Assembly: GCA_026770705.1 (NCBI GenBank)
Contig: JANJGN010000039.1
Location: 3,534,001-3,598,000, forward strand
Source: Isurus oxyrinchus
Lineage: Eukaryota
Direction: 5' to 3'
DNA length: 64,000 bases
The translations under genes and the position numbers were made by a program. Shown here piece by piece: positions 52,771 to 64,000 of the stretch (its first letter is position 1; every line of letters begins with the position of its first letter). Under the pieces are notes generated by a model. It did not search any database, was not told where the DNA came from, and saw only the letters and a program-made list of their open reading frames with translations.

Positions 52771-53919
52771 TTTGATGAACGGGTAAATATTATCGGAGGT
52801 GGTCAGGGCAGGAAAAGATTAAACCACAAGTCGCTGTTGCGGGGAAAATCATCACTAATTTACATCAAAATGAAGCTTAGCAACTCAATGTTCCTGATCC
52901 TCCAGACCTAATGGGGAAATTTCAGATGTTCCCCATTGTTTTGAGTTTCTGGTCTCATTCTATGTTCCAACAAGGCACTGTGTGATCCTTGTCATTGACT
53001 TTCAAGCTCCCAGATGGAAGACATATGCTGCACTGATCGTTCCATGGATTACGCTGGCACTGACAACTCCATCAGTTACTAGGCCTACAATCCATGGCGT
53101 TGCATTGAAATTTGCGCCCTTCCACCTGGAAGTAATAAATACACGCGGAGGACGTGGAGGGTTTGTCTTCGTTAATTACGTGATGTGTAACACAAGCTGT
53201 ATGGAGAAGGAGTTTCTTTTCTCAACCAGAATACTTCAAAATAAAGTGTTCAAGATGATTCCGGTCCCATAAACGCTCAATATCCATTCCTGCAGCAGCC
53301 AATCATCCTACAGCTCCCACTCACATACTCCATCCAGAGAGATGTTTGGGCTGATTGAAAAACGATTTTTTCTATAAAATTGTATGATAACTAGAGTACA
53401 ATGCTGGGAGAATATTCCACGTTGAACATTGAACCCTTGGCCCTCAAATGTCTTCTGCCGACTGTCATTGTCCTATTGAGTCACTCATTATAATGAACCC
53501 GAATTGTCGTCGCCTCCAGCTGTTGGTTCATGCTGCATTTCATACATGGCCAACATCACAAGAATTCAGGGCAGGAGTAGGGCATTCGCCCTCTTGAGTC
53601 TGTGCTGCAGCTCTGAAAGAAAATGGTTTTACCTGATCGTGGCCTCAGCTCCATTTTCCTGCCTGCACTCCTCCAACCAGTGTCACACACCCTCCCCCTC
53701 CACTGCACCCTGAAAACACACACATACATCCTCATGACCCCAATATCCATTATTCGTCAATAAACTATCCAAATCACTCTTGAATATGAGGCCTCCCTGA
53801 AAAGTTGAAAAAGAGGATCTGTGTCATTTGTGCTTTTGATGATGACCTGATAAACAGAGTGATGCAAAGTGGTTCGTCAGTGTGGACCCCTTTCAAGTGA
53901 CCTGCGGCGCTAAGTAAGA

Positions 53920-55180
53920 CACTGTTCATGGCTTCAGCTCTGTTTGTCATATACTTGGAAGCCATTCTCCACTATGCACTCAAAGAGCTTGACATAGGTT
54001 TGCATTTTCATTTCAGGACAAACGCCAACGTTTGCAAAGAGCCAAGAGCAAAATCTTGTTCATAGGTGACTGAACAGCGACTGAGTGAAGTCTTATTCGT
54101 GGACCACTGTGCTTTCATAGGGCAGAATACGGAGACATCCAACTGCGTGCTGACTCAGAACACTTTCGATTAACAGTATATCCGCAGTTAGAGAAGCTGT
54201 ATCAAATCATCGCTGGTCACTTGATCCAAGAAGCCACAGCTGCTCTGAACAAAACACCCCTCTGTTCTGTGAGGAAGTTTGCTAACTCGGCAGCATGCTC
54301 TCCAAGAGAACTAACAATGAGCAAATAAAAAATCATCTGACATAAATGAGTTCGGCATTGGGCAGGCTGCACTCACTGACTTCTGGAAGAAAAACGTGGA
54401 GCTTCCCTCAGATGGAAGATCAAAGCCTATCAAACGGTGTTTTTTTTTTATTGTGTTTTTTTATTTGCAACACCATTGGACTCATGTGGAGAATGCCAAC
54501 ATTCCACAGGCCTCAATAGGTTAACACGGGAAGCTGCACGACAGGTTGTCTCAAATCTAAAAGCCAAACCCAGAGATTGGAAGCTGCGTCACAGTGAATG
54601 GGGTCATAATACTCCCTTGCTAACAGCCCTGTGGCTCACCTGCACCATATGAACCGTCCGCCCGGCACACTGGAATCCTGATGCTAAACTACACGGTGCA
54701 CAGGCCTCCTTCAGGCGACAGGCACTGTGCGGATGGAGGATTGTCGACAGGTGCAAGGCTGTGATATCTGGATACCTTTGATACCAGCTAAAATTCTGCA
54801 TAAACGCGGCAGATGTATGGCGGTGGCCGGACACATGTTTCGGGAAAGGGGTACCTACCGGCAGCTGCATCTGCCACTGAGCATTCCTTGACCAAAGGGC
54901 GAACAAATATAAAGTTAGCAGTGCACGCTCAATGTCGCCGTAAAGCACGGAGGCATTAACACCAGTGAGCAGGTTGAGAATGCTGCCGATCTCTCGGCCT
55001 GGCACCATCTGGTCCAGCAAGGCTAAAACCAGTTTGCAGCTCAGCGACTCGACAGAGAATTGGAAGGGCATAGGCACAGGAAGCTGAAGATACCCAAAAT
55101 GGGCCAAAAGCGAGCCCTACGGCGGATGGACATATAGGTCCAGAATTGGGCTTCTCAGTCATCTGAATTCTCCATGAGCC
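53920..55180 (+). mobile_element. RTE-clade LINE fragment including 3' end
   Basis: ttattcgtggaccactgtgc (LFADDCA-like) and C-terminal RIGLLSHLNSP* at ~55142-55177. Confidence 0.75.
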
Positions 55181-55584
55181 TGAAGGAGCTGGATTACAAG
55201 GAACGGCCACTGACAACCTTCTCAAAGGCAACTTGGGAAGAGCAGTATCTTGTGGCCCATTTATACAAAACCCCACCTCATGCAAATAGGTATTTTAAAA
55301 TATAATTGTGAACATAAAAAAAAAACCTTTGGCAACCCCAAATTGAAAATTCATTCAGTGATTTCTACATTTGTGGAGAACAGGTTCAAGTGTGTTAAAG
55401 ACAAGGAAAGGCGGGCAAAGTTAATTTATCCTGCCTGAACGGACGTTGTAAACAAAACATGGAAATCGATTGTCCAATTTAGACTTGGTATAACTTCACA
55501 AATGATATCACCTTGATTTTTTTTTTGAGTGCACACCTGTCGAAGCGCCGGGGGAATCAATCATCAAGATAGTTCAATAGACAA

Positions 55585-55760
55585 ACTGATAGCCAGATAG
55601 ACAGAGAGATAAGTGGACAGAGATTGACATGTGGAAAGAGTGATAGGAAGAGAGAAATAACATGCGAGAGAGAGAGAACAAGACAGTGTGTGCTAGAAAG
55701 AGAGTGAGTGTGTGAAAGAGCAAGATAGATACATACATTGATAGATATATAGATAGATAA
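55585..55760 (+). repeat. Compound (AG)/(GATA)/(GT) low-complexity tract
   Basis: Directly visible. Confidence 0.8.
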
Positions 55761-58318
55761 AAAGCAACATTATTAGATAAGAATATACTTCTGTAGCTAT
55801 GAACATGATGGGGTGTAAGACATTTGCTTCATGCAACAAATAGCCACTGAAGGATAGTGGGTAATTTCAACTGTGAGGCAGAAAGAGTTTTTTGTGATAA
55901 TTTGAAAAAAAGAACAGTAACGAAATGAATTTCCACATGCGAGTATTGTGCTCGCATAGAACTGGAAATCTCTCCTGACAAATCCTCTTTAATATGGGAT
56001 CAGAGATAACGGCCTAGAATTCGGACCCTGACATTCGCTCCAGGTAGCAAATGATACATTTGAGATGCAATAGTTTCCTCGCGACAGGAACAAAAACGCC
56101 ACCAAGTTACCTGGAAGAGAGAATAAAGAGGAAGAAACAGAAGTGTTTCACCAGACGTGGCGCCAAGGGAACAGTTTGCCTTGAAATGTCCTAAAACCCT
56201 CCGTTCTTTGCGGCATTTAACATATAAACTGATAATTGGCCTGGGCAACACATTCAGTCACAAAAATGTATCTAAATCCCATTATCAAAAACTGCTCGGA
56301 CAATCACAAACATAAAGTGAACAATCTTTGCGCACAATCCACAGAAAGTTCTAAGTGAGGGAGCTGTGTTCAATAAACGCATTCAAGTGAAAGTGAATAT
56401 ATGGATGAAAATGAGACTTAGCTCCACACTCAGTATTTGTTTGTAACAAGGCAGTCGGAGGTGAAGGTCGTTTGTTCCTATGCGTCACAAGGATCAACAG
56501 TGGGCTTTAGAAAACGGGAACAGCCTGAGAGCCACGGCTGGGAGCTTAAGTTTCTGGAAGGAGTTCGATGTGGAAGCTGGAGGTCGAGCCTGTGAGAGAT
56601 CGAAACTGGGGGAAGGCAATGAACACTGCTTTCAAGACCTTGAGGCAGATGCACTGTTGGAACAGGAGGACATGGTTTAGGGACGAGGGGAAACTGAAGT
56701 AATGGTGGATTGAAAGAGCAAGTGATTTCCTCTTTCAAAAGGAGATTAAGCTGCACAGGGTAATGGAAACATATAAATACGAATTTAAAGTAGAAGTAGA
56801 GAAACCGGCTCCTCGAGCCAGCCCCGCCATTCAATAACATTATGGTTCATATGATTGTGGACGCAATTCCACATTCCCTCCACCTCCATAACATTTGATA
56901 CCCTTGGGACGCAAGAGAATATCTGTCTCTGCCTGAATAGATATCCAATCAGCCTCCCTACACAGCACTTGCGGGATGGGAGTTCCAAAGCCATTGAACA
57001 CTATGACTGAAAAAAATCGCTTCCATCTCCCTTTCAGCGGGAGACCCACAACTTGAAAACTGTTCTCCCTTTGCTCCAAACTCCACGACAAGGGAAACTT
57101 TCTCTTTGCATCAAATACGGACGATGCCTCAGGAGATCTAACCTATTTCAAAGCACCTCTCATTTTCCAGACTCCAATCAACAAATGTTGACAAAGTTTC
57201 TGAGTAAGTTAACACCCAAACCACCAAAACCCTCCACCAACCCAGCATCACAAGTATCTGCAGACTGAATGTTATATCAACTGATTCTAATTAGTTGATA
57301 ACCTTTCTTAAATTTGGAGACCAAAACTGTGCACAGTACCTTAGATGTGATATCGGCAACGTTCTACACAATTGCAGTAAGACATCACTACTGCAATAAT
57401 CAATTTCCTTTGCAATTATCAAAGTACAGAATTCTATTTGCCTTGCTGTACCTGCATATTAACATCGTGTGTCATCAGAAATCTATGAATTGCAATAACA
57501 CAACTGATGTGACTTTGAACTGTGAGCCTGTGTGGCTCTTGTCCAAAATGAGAGAGAAAAACTTCTGAATAAGTAGTTTCCTATAAATATATACATAGTA
57601 TTTTGACAACATATCGATTAATGAAGTTGACTGAAAAACACATTGTCCTTCATTGAATTTTGCAGGAACATATTGCTAAGCCATTGAGCTAATAGTGAGA
57701 CACCATCATTGAATATTGTTTCTATTTAATCCGTTCTAAAAAATAATGGCAATTGAGCATCCATTACAGCAGGTTTCGAATTCGAAAGTGATAAACACAT
57801 ATCGGGAATGATGAAACTCATCTGACCTGGAAGATCTGCACCATGTCTTCAAATCTCAATATTTCACGGTGTCTTCTTTTTCACTGGTGATGGTGCCGTC
57901 CCTGGAAATTTCGGAAGTGAGAGGCAGAATTTCATTTGTAGTTGATAGAACGGCGAGACATGTATTCTACAAACACGTTGAATTTATTTAATACGTTCAC
58001 AGATGGATGTGTTTTCGACTATTTAGTGAATTTAGGAATATGGTCACAGTACAGGAAGATCGATTTGAGATAGAAGATCACTTGATTGGCGGAGGAGACT
58101 CGAAAGGCCAATGCCTTTCTCCAGCTCATGTTTCATATGTTCTCCCAATGTACATGCCATACTGGTTCTTATCCGTCGTGAAGATTGCTAGTTTGGAATG
58201 TTCTATCAAGCTTTTAGCCACCAGTGTATTGCATCCCGTTGATCGTAGAGACGAGCAGCTATGTGCCCCGATTTTGCAGAGGGTCGTTTTTATTGCTGGT
58301 GGTTTGGGTGCCAGATGA

Positions 58319-59531
58319 ATCTCCTCTGGGGATCTCCCTCCCACAGCTTCCAACCTGATAGTCGCCCAACCTCAGACGGCCCGCTTCTATCTCCTACCCA
58401 AAATCCACAAACAGAACTGCCCAGGTAGACCGATCGTCTCAGCTTGCTCCTGCCCCACAGAACTCATTTCTCGTTATCTTGACTCCCTTCTCTCTCACCT
58501 TGTCCAGTCCCTTCCCACCTACATCCGTGATTCCTCTGACACCGTACGTCACATCAACAATTTCCAGTTCCCTGGCCCCAACCGCTTCCTCTTCACCATG
58601 GACGTCCAATCCCTCTACACCTCCATCCCCCACCAGGATGGTCTGAGGGCTCTTAGCTTCTTCCTCGAACAGAGGCCCGAACAATCCCCATCCACCACTA
58701 CTCTCCGTCTGGCTGAACTTGTTCTCACGTTGAACAATTTCTCCTTCAACTCCTCCCACTTCCTCCAAATAAAAGGTGTGGCTATGGGTACCCGCATGGG
58801 CCCCAGCTATGCCTGTCTCTTTAAGGGGTATGTGGAACATTCCTTGTTGCAGTCCTACTCCGGCCCCCTTCCACAACTCTTTTTCCGGTACATCGATGAT
58901 TACTTCGGTGCCGCTTCATGCTCTCGTCGGGACTTGGAAAAATTTATTAATTTTGCTTCCAATCTCCACCCCTCCATCATTTGCACGTCGTCCATCTCTT
59001 TCACTTCCCTTCCCTTCCTTCAGCTCTCTGTCTCAATCTCTGGTGATAGACTGTCCATCAATATCCATTACAAACCCACCAACTCCCACAGCTATCTCGA
59101 CTACAGCTCCTCACACCCAGCTTCCTGTAATGACTCCATCCCATTCTCTCAGTTCATTCGCCTCCGTGGCATCTGTTCCGATGATGCTACCTTCAAAAAC
59201 AGTTCCTCTGACATGTCCTCCTTCTTCCTTAACCGAGGTTTTCCACCCATGGTCGTTGACAGGGCCCTCAACCATGTCCAGCCCATCTCCCGCACATCTG
59301 CCCTCACGCCTTCTCCTCCCTCCCAGAAACATGATAGGGTCCCACTTGTCCTCACTTATCACCCCACCAGCCTCTGTATTCAAAGGATCATCCTCCGCCA
59401 TTTCCGCCAACTCCAGCATGATGACACCGCCAAACACATCTTCCCTTCACCCCCCCTTTCGGCATTCCATAGGGATCGCTCCCTCCAGGACACCCTGTTC
59501 CACTCCTCCATCAGCCCCTACTCCTCAACCC
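58319..59531 (+). mobile_element. Internal Penelope-like RT fragment lacking both ends; open frame with intact YIDD
   Basis: Closely matches 8345-9559. Open from ISSGDLPPT through FRYIDD to HRDRSLQDTLFHSS. No GIY-YIG, pLTR or TSD. Confidence 0.92.
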
Positions 59532-62500
59532 TATACGATGGAGAGAAGCCCCAATGTGAAGGCGGAATTCATCTGTACAAGGACGTGCAGTGGTCTATCC
59601 TATCAATTCTTAAATGGACAGCTGCACCTGTGGTGGTTAAGTTTGTGGAGCGAATTCACTTAGAGGTTTGCACCTGATTGGTTCCCTGACCACCTGCCAA
59701 AGACCTAATCTAGCATTTATCTTTATGACTCTGCCAGCTCGGACATTATTGATGCTATTGATTCGCTCTTGCTCACAGACTTCAAGGTCTCCAATGGAAA
59801 GCATTTTTTTCTACTCTCTCCCTAAAACTTCGGCCATTGATGATCATTGATTCATCTGCTGAGGTGAACGTGAGCTGTTCAGCAGAAGGGGACATTCATT
59901 GCCCATGTGTTACGTGATGTCATGAGATGTCACTTAAGTGCCACGTGTACTGAAGGATATGAAAAATGGTGCACGCTGGAAGTGTTGCAAAATGGTATTT
60001 AGGAAAGCATTAATAGAATTGAGCATACCGACTAATTCGGTGGATATATTACGTTTTGGATAAGATAATTTCACTCAGATGTTTGCTCATGATTCGTATG
60101 AACTTTCAAAGCAGGAAGATGAATTATTTAGTTAAGGGTAAACAGCTTGAATCATTAAATTTATGGAATGATTGCAAATCAAGCAATCAGCTTTGTCCTG
60201 GGTAAAGTCAATATCCTTGAATTCTACTGGAGCATACATTATCTAGACAGGTGTAGCGTACCTCATCACATTCCTGATTTGTGCATTTTAGATGGAGGAA
60301 AGGTTTTGGAGAGTCGGGGGGTGTGTTGCTCACCACAACATTTTCAGATTCTGACCTGCCCTTCGAGTCACAGATTCCAGTCAATGGTTTGTCCAAGGAT
60401 GTTGAAAACGGGGGCTTATGCGATGGTAATGCCAGTAAATGTCAAGGCTAATTTGTTGGATGTTCATTTGGTGCAGATGGACATTTCTTGTCTATTTTGC
60501 GGGGCGAAAATTACTGATCATTCTTCAGCACAAGTCTGGCTGTTGCCCAGGACTTGATGCACATGGGCACAGATTTCATCAGCATCTGTTCAGTCGTGAA
60601 TGGTGCGGAACTTTTAACAATTCTCAGCGGATATAACCTCCTCCCACTTTCCCACAGCCTCCCCACCACACCAGCATCCTACTGTGTTTCAAATGGAGAG
60701 AGCATAATTGATTCAGCAGCTAAAGATGGGTGGGCTCAGGACGCTGCCCTCAGTCTGTCGTCCAGTTATGTCATGGGGTTGAGATGATGCACCTGCAAAA
60801 GAAAATAAAAATGAAAAAATAAATTATTTTTGCTTTGTATGAGTTCACTCAGTAGGGAAGTTTCCCCTTATTCTTATTGACCACAATTCTTATACCCCTC
60901 CTTGATACCACATTGTGATAACTGATGCATTGATATAGTTCACATCCACTCTCTCCTCATCTTATAAGTACGGCACCTGTGTCCATGTTTGGAGGCAGGC
61001 CGAACCAGGAGTTCAGCTCGCACGAAGCAAAAAGTGAGCGTCAGTGAACAGTTTGCTGCCGAGTATTTGGCGATTGAAAGCATTTTCTATGAGACTTTTC
61101 ATCACATTGATCTTGATTAAATGTAGGCTGATGGGGCTGTACTTAGATTGGTTGGATTTGTCGTGATTATTTGTGGATAGGCATACCTGTGAAAATTCTC
61201 AAAGTTTCTCATAGTTGCCAAAGGTTTAGATGCACCATACCAGCATCGATAGAAAGGCTTATTCAGGAGCAGTGATCTCCCATACTATTGGCATTATCTA
61301 AATGGACCCATAACCTCTTCATCATCCAGTTCCTTCAGTCATTCCTGAAATCCGAGTGCTGAGAATCACATTGTATGAAGACTGGCATCTGTGATGCTTG
61401 TCATCCATAGGTGGAGGCCGGATGGTTCATGCACCCGTCACTTCAGGGTGAATGTGGCTGCAAATTCTTCTGCCATGTATATGCACTGGTGTGCTGCGCT
61501 CCACATTCATTGCTGATGGGGATATTGCTGGAGAGCAAGTGAGGTGCAGAATTTTACATCACCATTAAAGGTGATTGTGACAGGACTTCAGAGCTGAGCT
61601 ATCGTTATTTGGTAGGGGGACCAATGAGCCCTGTCTTTCTCATGCTGAATACACTTTTTTGCTTGCAAGTAGCCCCGGGCTTGAAATTCACCAGGTTAAG
61701 CCGTGTTGTTAGCTTTAATTGCTGCTGTATTGGACATGGGGCAGGTGTCAGCAACGTTCTTTCGTTTGTGCATTTGACCTCAAAATCGTGGAAGGGAAAC
61801 AGCAGAAGAGGCATGGGAACACTCTTAATTACAAAATCCTTTCTGAGTCACGCATCAGCTGACTTGCAGATACATCAACGTTCATTTACTGTCACTGGAT
61901 CAAAAACCTGGAAATCAATCGCTCCCAGCAATTAATGCTAAGAGTCATGGGTTTTACGAGTCTGGCCAATTTGTAGTGAATTAAGCTGTAGAGGATATCA
62001 ATTTAAACATCGGTGTATTAGGAGTTAGATCTTTATCGTCAGGTAATTGGCAATTCGTAATTTTACTTTTCTGAACACAGATTAGTCTACAGACTCAAAT
62101 CTTTTTGCCCAACATGGACAACCTTTATCGCAATTTTATGCACTTGGTACCCAGAAAAAAAATCAATTTTAAGCTTCACCTTCAAATCACAGATGTTGTC
62201 ATTGAGACACAAGCGATTGTGTCCTAAAACATACATTTTTCATTTCTGCTGAGTGGGCCACACTTGAATTTATTACCCTTACCTTGACCCCATGTGTTCC
62301 ATTCCTTCTAATCTTGTTGCTAAATGTTTTGACAGCTCGGCGTATTTTGGCAGCCAGTAAAGTTCGCAGGGGTCTCCATAGTTGCAGTAATGGAGAACAT
62401 CACAAGGACTCTGAAATAAAAAGCCGAAGAAAGTCCATTGTTTTACTCTTCAGTATTACCGGCAGCTATATATTGCTCTGGACAACTTCTGTTATATATA

Positions 62501-63740
62501 TTATCCCTCTGCATGTAACACTCACTTCAAATTCTGAGGTAAATGAGCTTAAGTCAGTTGGATTCATGCTAGGGGACCTCAGTTGCTGCACAAATGCATT
62601 CATTTATGTGCTGACGCAGGCTAGGTTTAGGGAGGAGCTGAAGAGCGGAATGCAGTACCTTGTGAAACTGAGCGCAAAACTGTGCAAATTACAATGGATA
62701 ACCCATTGACCTGTACAGGCGGACATAAACATTATGCCCTGAAACAACTCATGTTAGAATAACGCTTGTAACAACGTTTAATATCCTATTAAAAAAGGTT
62801 TCCTACTTAACATGCTCTGTTATAATGAACTATTATTCACAGTATACAGTAATCAGTGGTGAATTGTAAGTTGTGATAATAGTAATAAATAATAATTATA
62901 ATAATACTGAACAGCTCCTGTTAGTGTTGCAGAGTTTGAAAGGATGAATTGTGATGCCAGGTTTTGACAGCCTTGTGTTCATTGGAACAGTTGTTCTGAT
63001 CAGCAAGAGAAGACCCAAACATCACCAGCTGGATCATGACAACTCGACAAATGTAACATAGACAAACTTGGCAAATTTCCTACGACGTCTATTCTGGGGC
63101 AATTAGTACATAGGGGGAGTTTTCAGAACATGTTTCACGAAGTCTGGTACCTTTCAAATATCGAACAGTTGCGCAATGAGCTGCTTCTCAGATTTCCATT
63201 TTCCGCACATGATTAAAACAAGGAAGGCCTGGTCATCACGTGTTTTGTGAAAGGATGGGCAGTGGCGCAACTGATCACTCATTACCATGATTTATCGGAC
63301 TGCGAGTCGACTCCATATATTGGATTCTGTACATTTAAATCCGATTTCCCTCCGATTCATTTGAATACGCAAATGGCTCATACTTGTTTTTTCACGATTA
63401 ATGAGGCTACTTCCTCTCCACATGCTCATTCACAACACTCTCTGTTTCATGTTATCTGCTCCTTTCACATACGCACAGACACCAAATGGCTGTTATCATA
63501 ATTCTCGAATATTTTCATATGTATGACTTGAAATCCACTCATCAACATAGCGAGTGACGCTTCAGCCAGGTATCTGCACGAATTCCCAGCCAAGAAACGT
63601 CTGATCACACATGGCCCTACCATTAATTTCCTTTCCTGTATACCTACGCATATTGAATGTGAAAAATTGTAATGTAATTCTTCTCGTCGCATATTCTTAT
63701 CATTTACTTAACTTAAAAGCCGTTCGTAGAATGCAACCAT
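59532..63740 (-). repeat. Inverted, internally deleted third copy of the duplication unit
   Basis: 59532-~61930 is the reverse complement of ~17540-20355, and ~62215-63740 is the reverse complement of ~10943-12487 (e.g. aacagcttgaatcattaaa vs tttaatgattcaagctgttt; cgttcgtagaatgcaaccata vs tatggttgcattctacgaac). Confidence 0.9.
62215..62709 (+). pseudogene. 5'-truncated GPR139-like receptor B paralog (ECL2 to C-terminus only)
   Basis: Reads DCVLKHTFFISAEWATLEFITLTLTPCVPF...RRKSIVLLF...SCCTNAFIY. In-frame TGA at 62203-62205; no TM1-4 upstream. Confidence 0.88.
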
Positions 63741-64000
63741 AGAAGGTCTACAGCACAGAAGCAGATCATTTGGCCCCTCCTTTCCTTATTGTCTCACTTA
63801 AGGAAGATGCAGCCGGCAGTCACTCCGCCGGCTTCTCCCTGTTATGTGGGTCATTCGCTTTTCTCAGATATTAATCCAAAATTGTCTTGACGATTCCTGA
63901 TTAACCACCCTAATCACCTGGGAAAATGATTGTCCAGAACAACTGCCAATTAACGTTGCATTAAATAGAAAACTAGAACCACTTTCCTTGAATAAATGAG
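63740..64000 (-). mobile_element. Degraded CR1 3' end
   Basis: catagaaggtctacagcacagaagcagatcatttggccc is a typical reverse-complement CR1 3' terminus. Confidence 0.6.

Larger units (their letters stand above)
32572..57392 (+). repeat. Segmental duplication unit 2 (direct repeat of 1-25960)
   Basis: Same order of GPCR exons and repeat fragments. Lacks both Penelope insertions; has extra sequence at ~54670-56740. Confidence 0.95.

Noticed and set aside
56158-56175. tggcgccaagggaacag, resembling a tRNA-Lys primer-binding site
   Set aside because: Only 7 nt match, it is not preceded by an LTR CA end, and no gag follows.
58776-59663. 295-aa Ser/Pro-rich ORF and the antisense ORFs over both Penelope copies
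   Set aside because: Shadow frames of C-rich RT coding sequence.
1-64000. CRISPR arrays, prokaryotic operons, retron or DGR-type RT systems, rRNA, tRNA
   Set aside because: No spaced repeat array or RNA-gene signature was seen. The RTs are eukaryotic Penelope and LINE types, and spliceosomal introns and microsatellites are present.

Overview
This is eukaryotic (vertebrate) DNA, not prokaryotic. The repeat content and receptor family point to a cartilaginous fish such as a shark (inference). The window is a cluster of GPR139/GPR142-like class A GPCR genes built by segmental duplication. A ~26-kb unit (1-~25960) is repeated in direct orientation (~32572-57392), and a shorter, more diverged, internally deleted third copy is inverted (~59532-63740). 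Each full unit has, on the minus strand: a TATA promoter, a 70-nt first coding exon, a ~9-kb repeat-filled intron, a ~905-nt 7TM exon (receptor B), and a decayed paralogous 7TM exon further downstream (receptor A). Only the unit-2 receptor B looks fully intact (324 aa). The unit-1 copy has an open 7TM exon but its start codon is ATA. Unit 1 also carries a young Neptune-type Penelope-like retroelement (RT + GIY-YIG) with a 14-bp TSD, an inverted terminal repeat, a ~38-nt tail, and a hammerhead-ribozyme-like motif with an atypical core on both strands. A second Penelope fragment, missing both ends, sits at the inversion junction. The rest is mostly degraded CR1, CR1/L2(Zenon)-like and RTE LINE fragments. 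I found no CRISPR array, rRNA or tRNA. Boundaries of old repeats are approximate, and identities were judged by eye.
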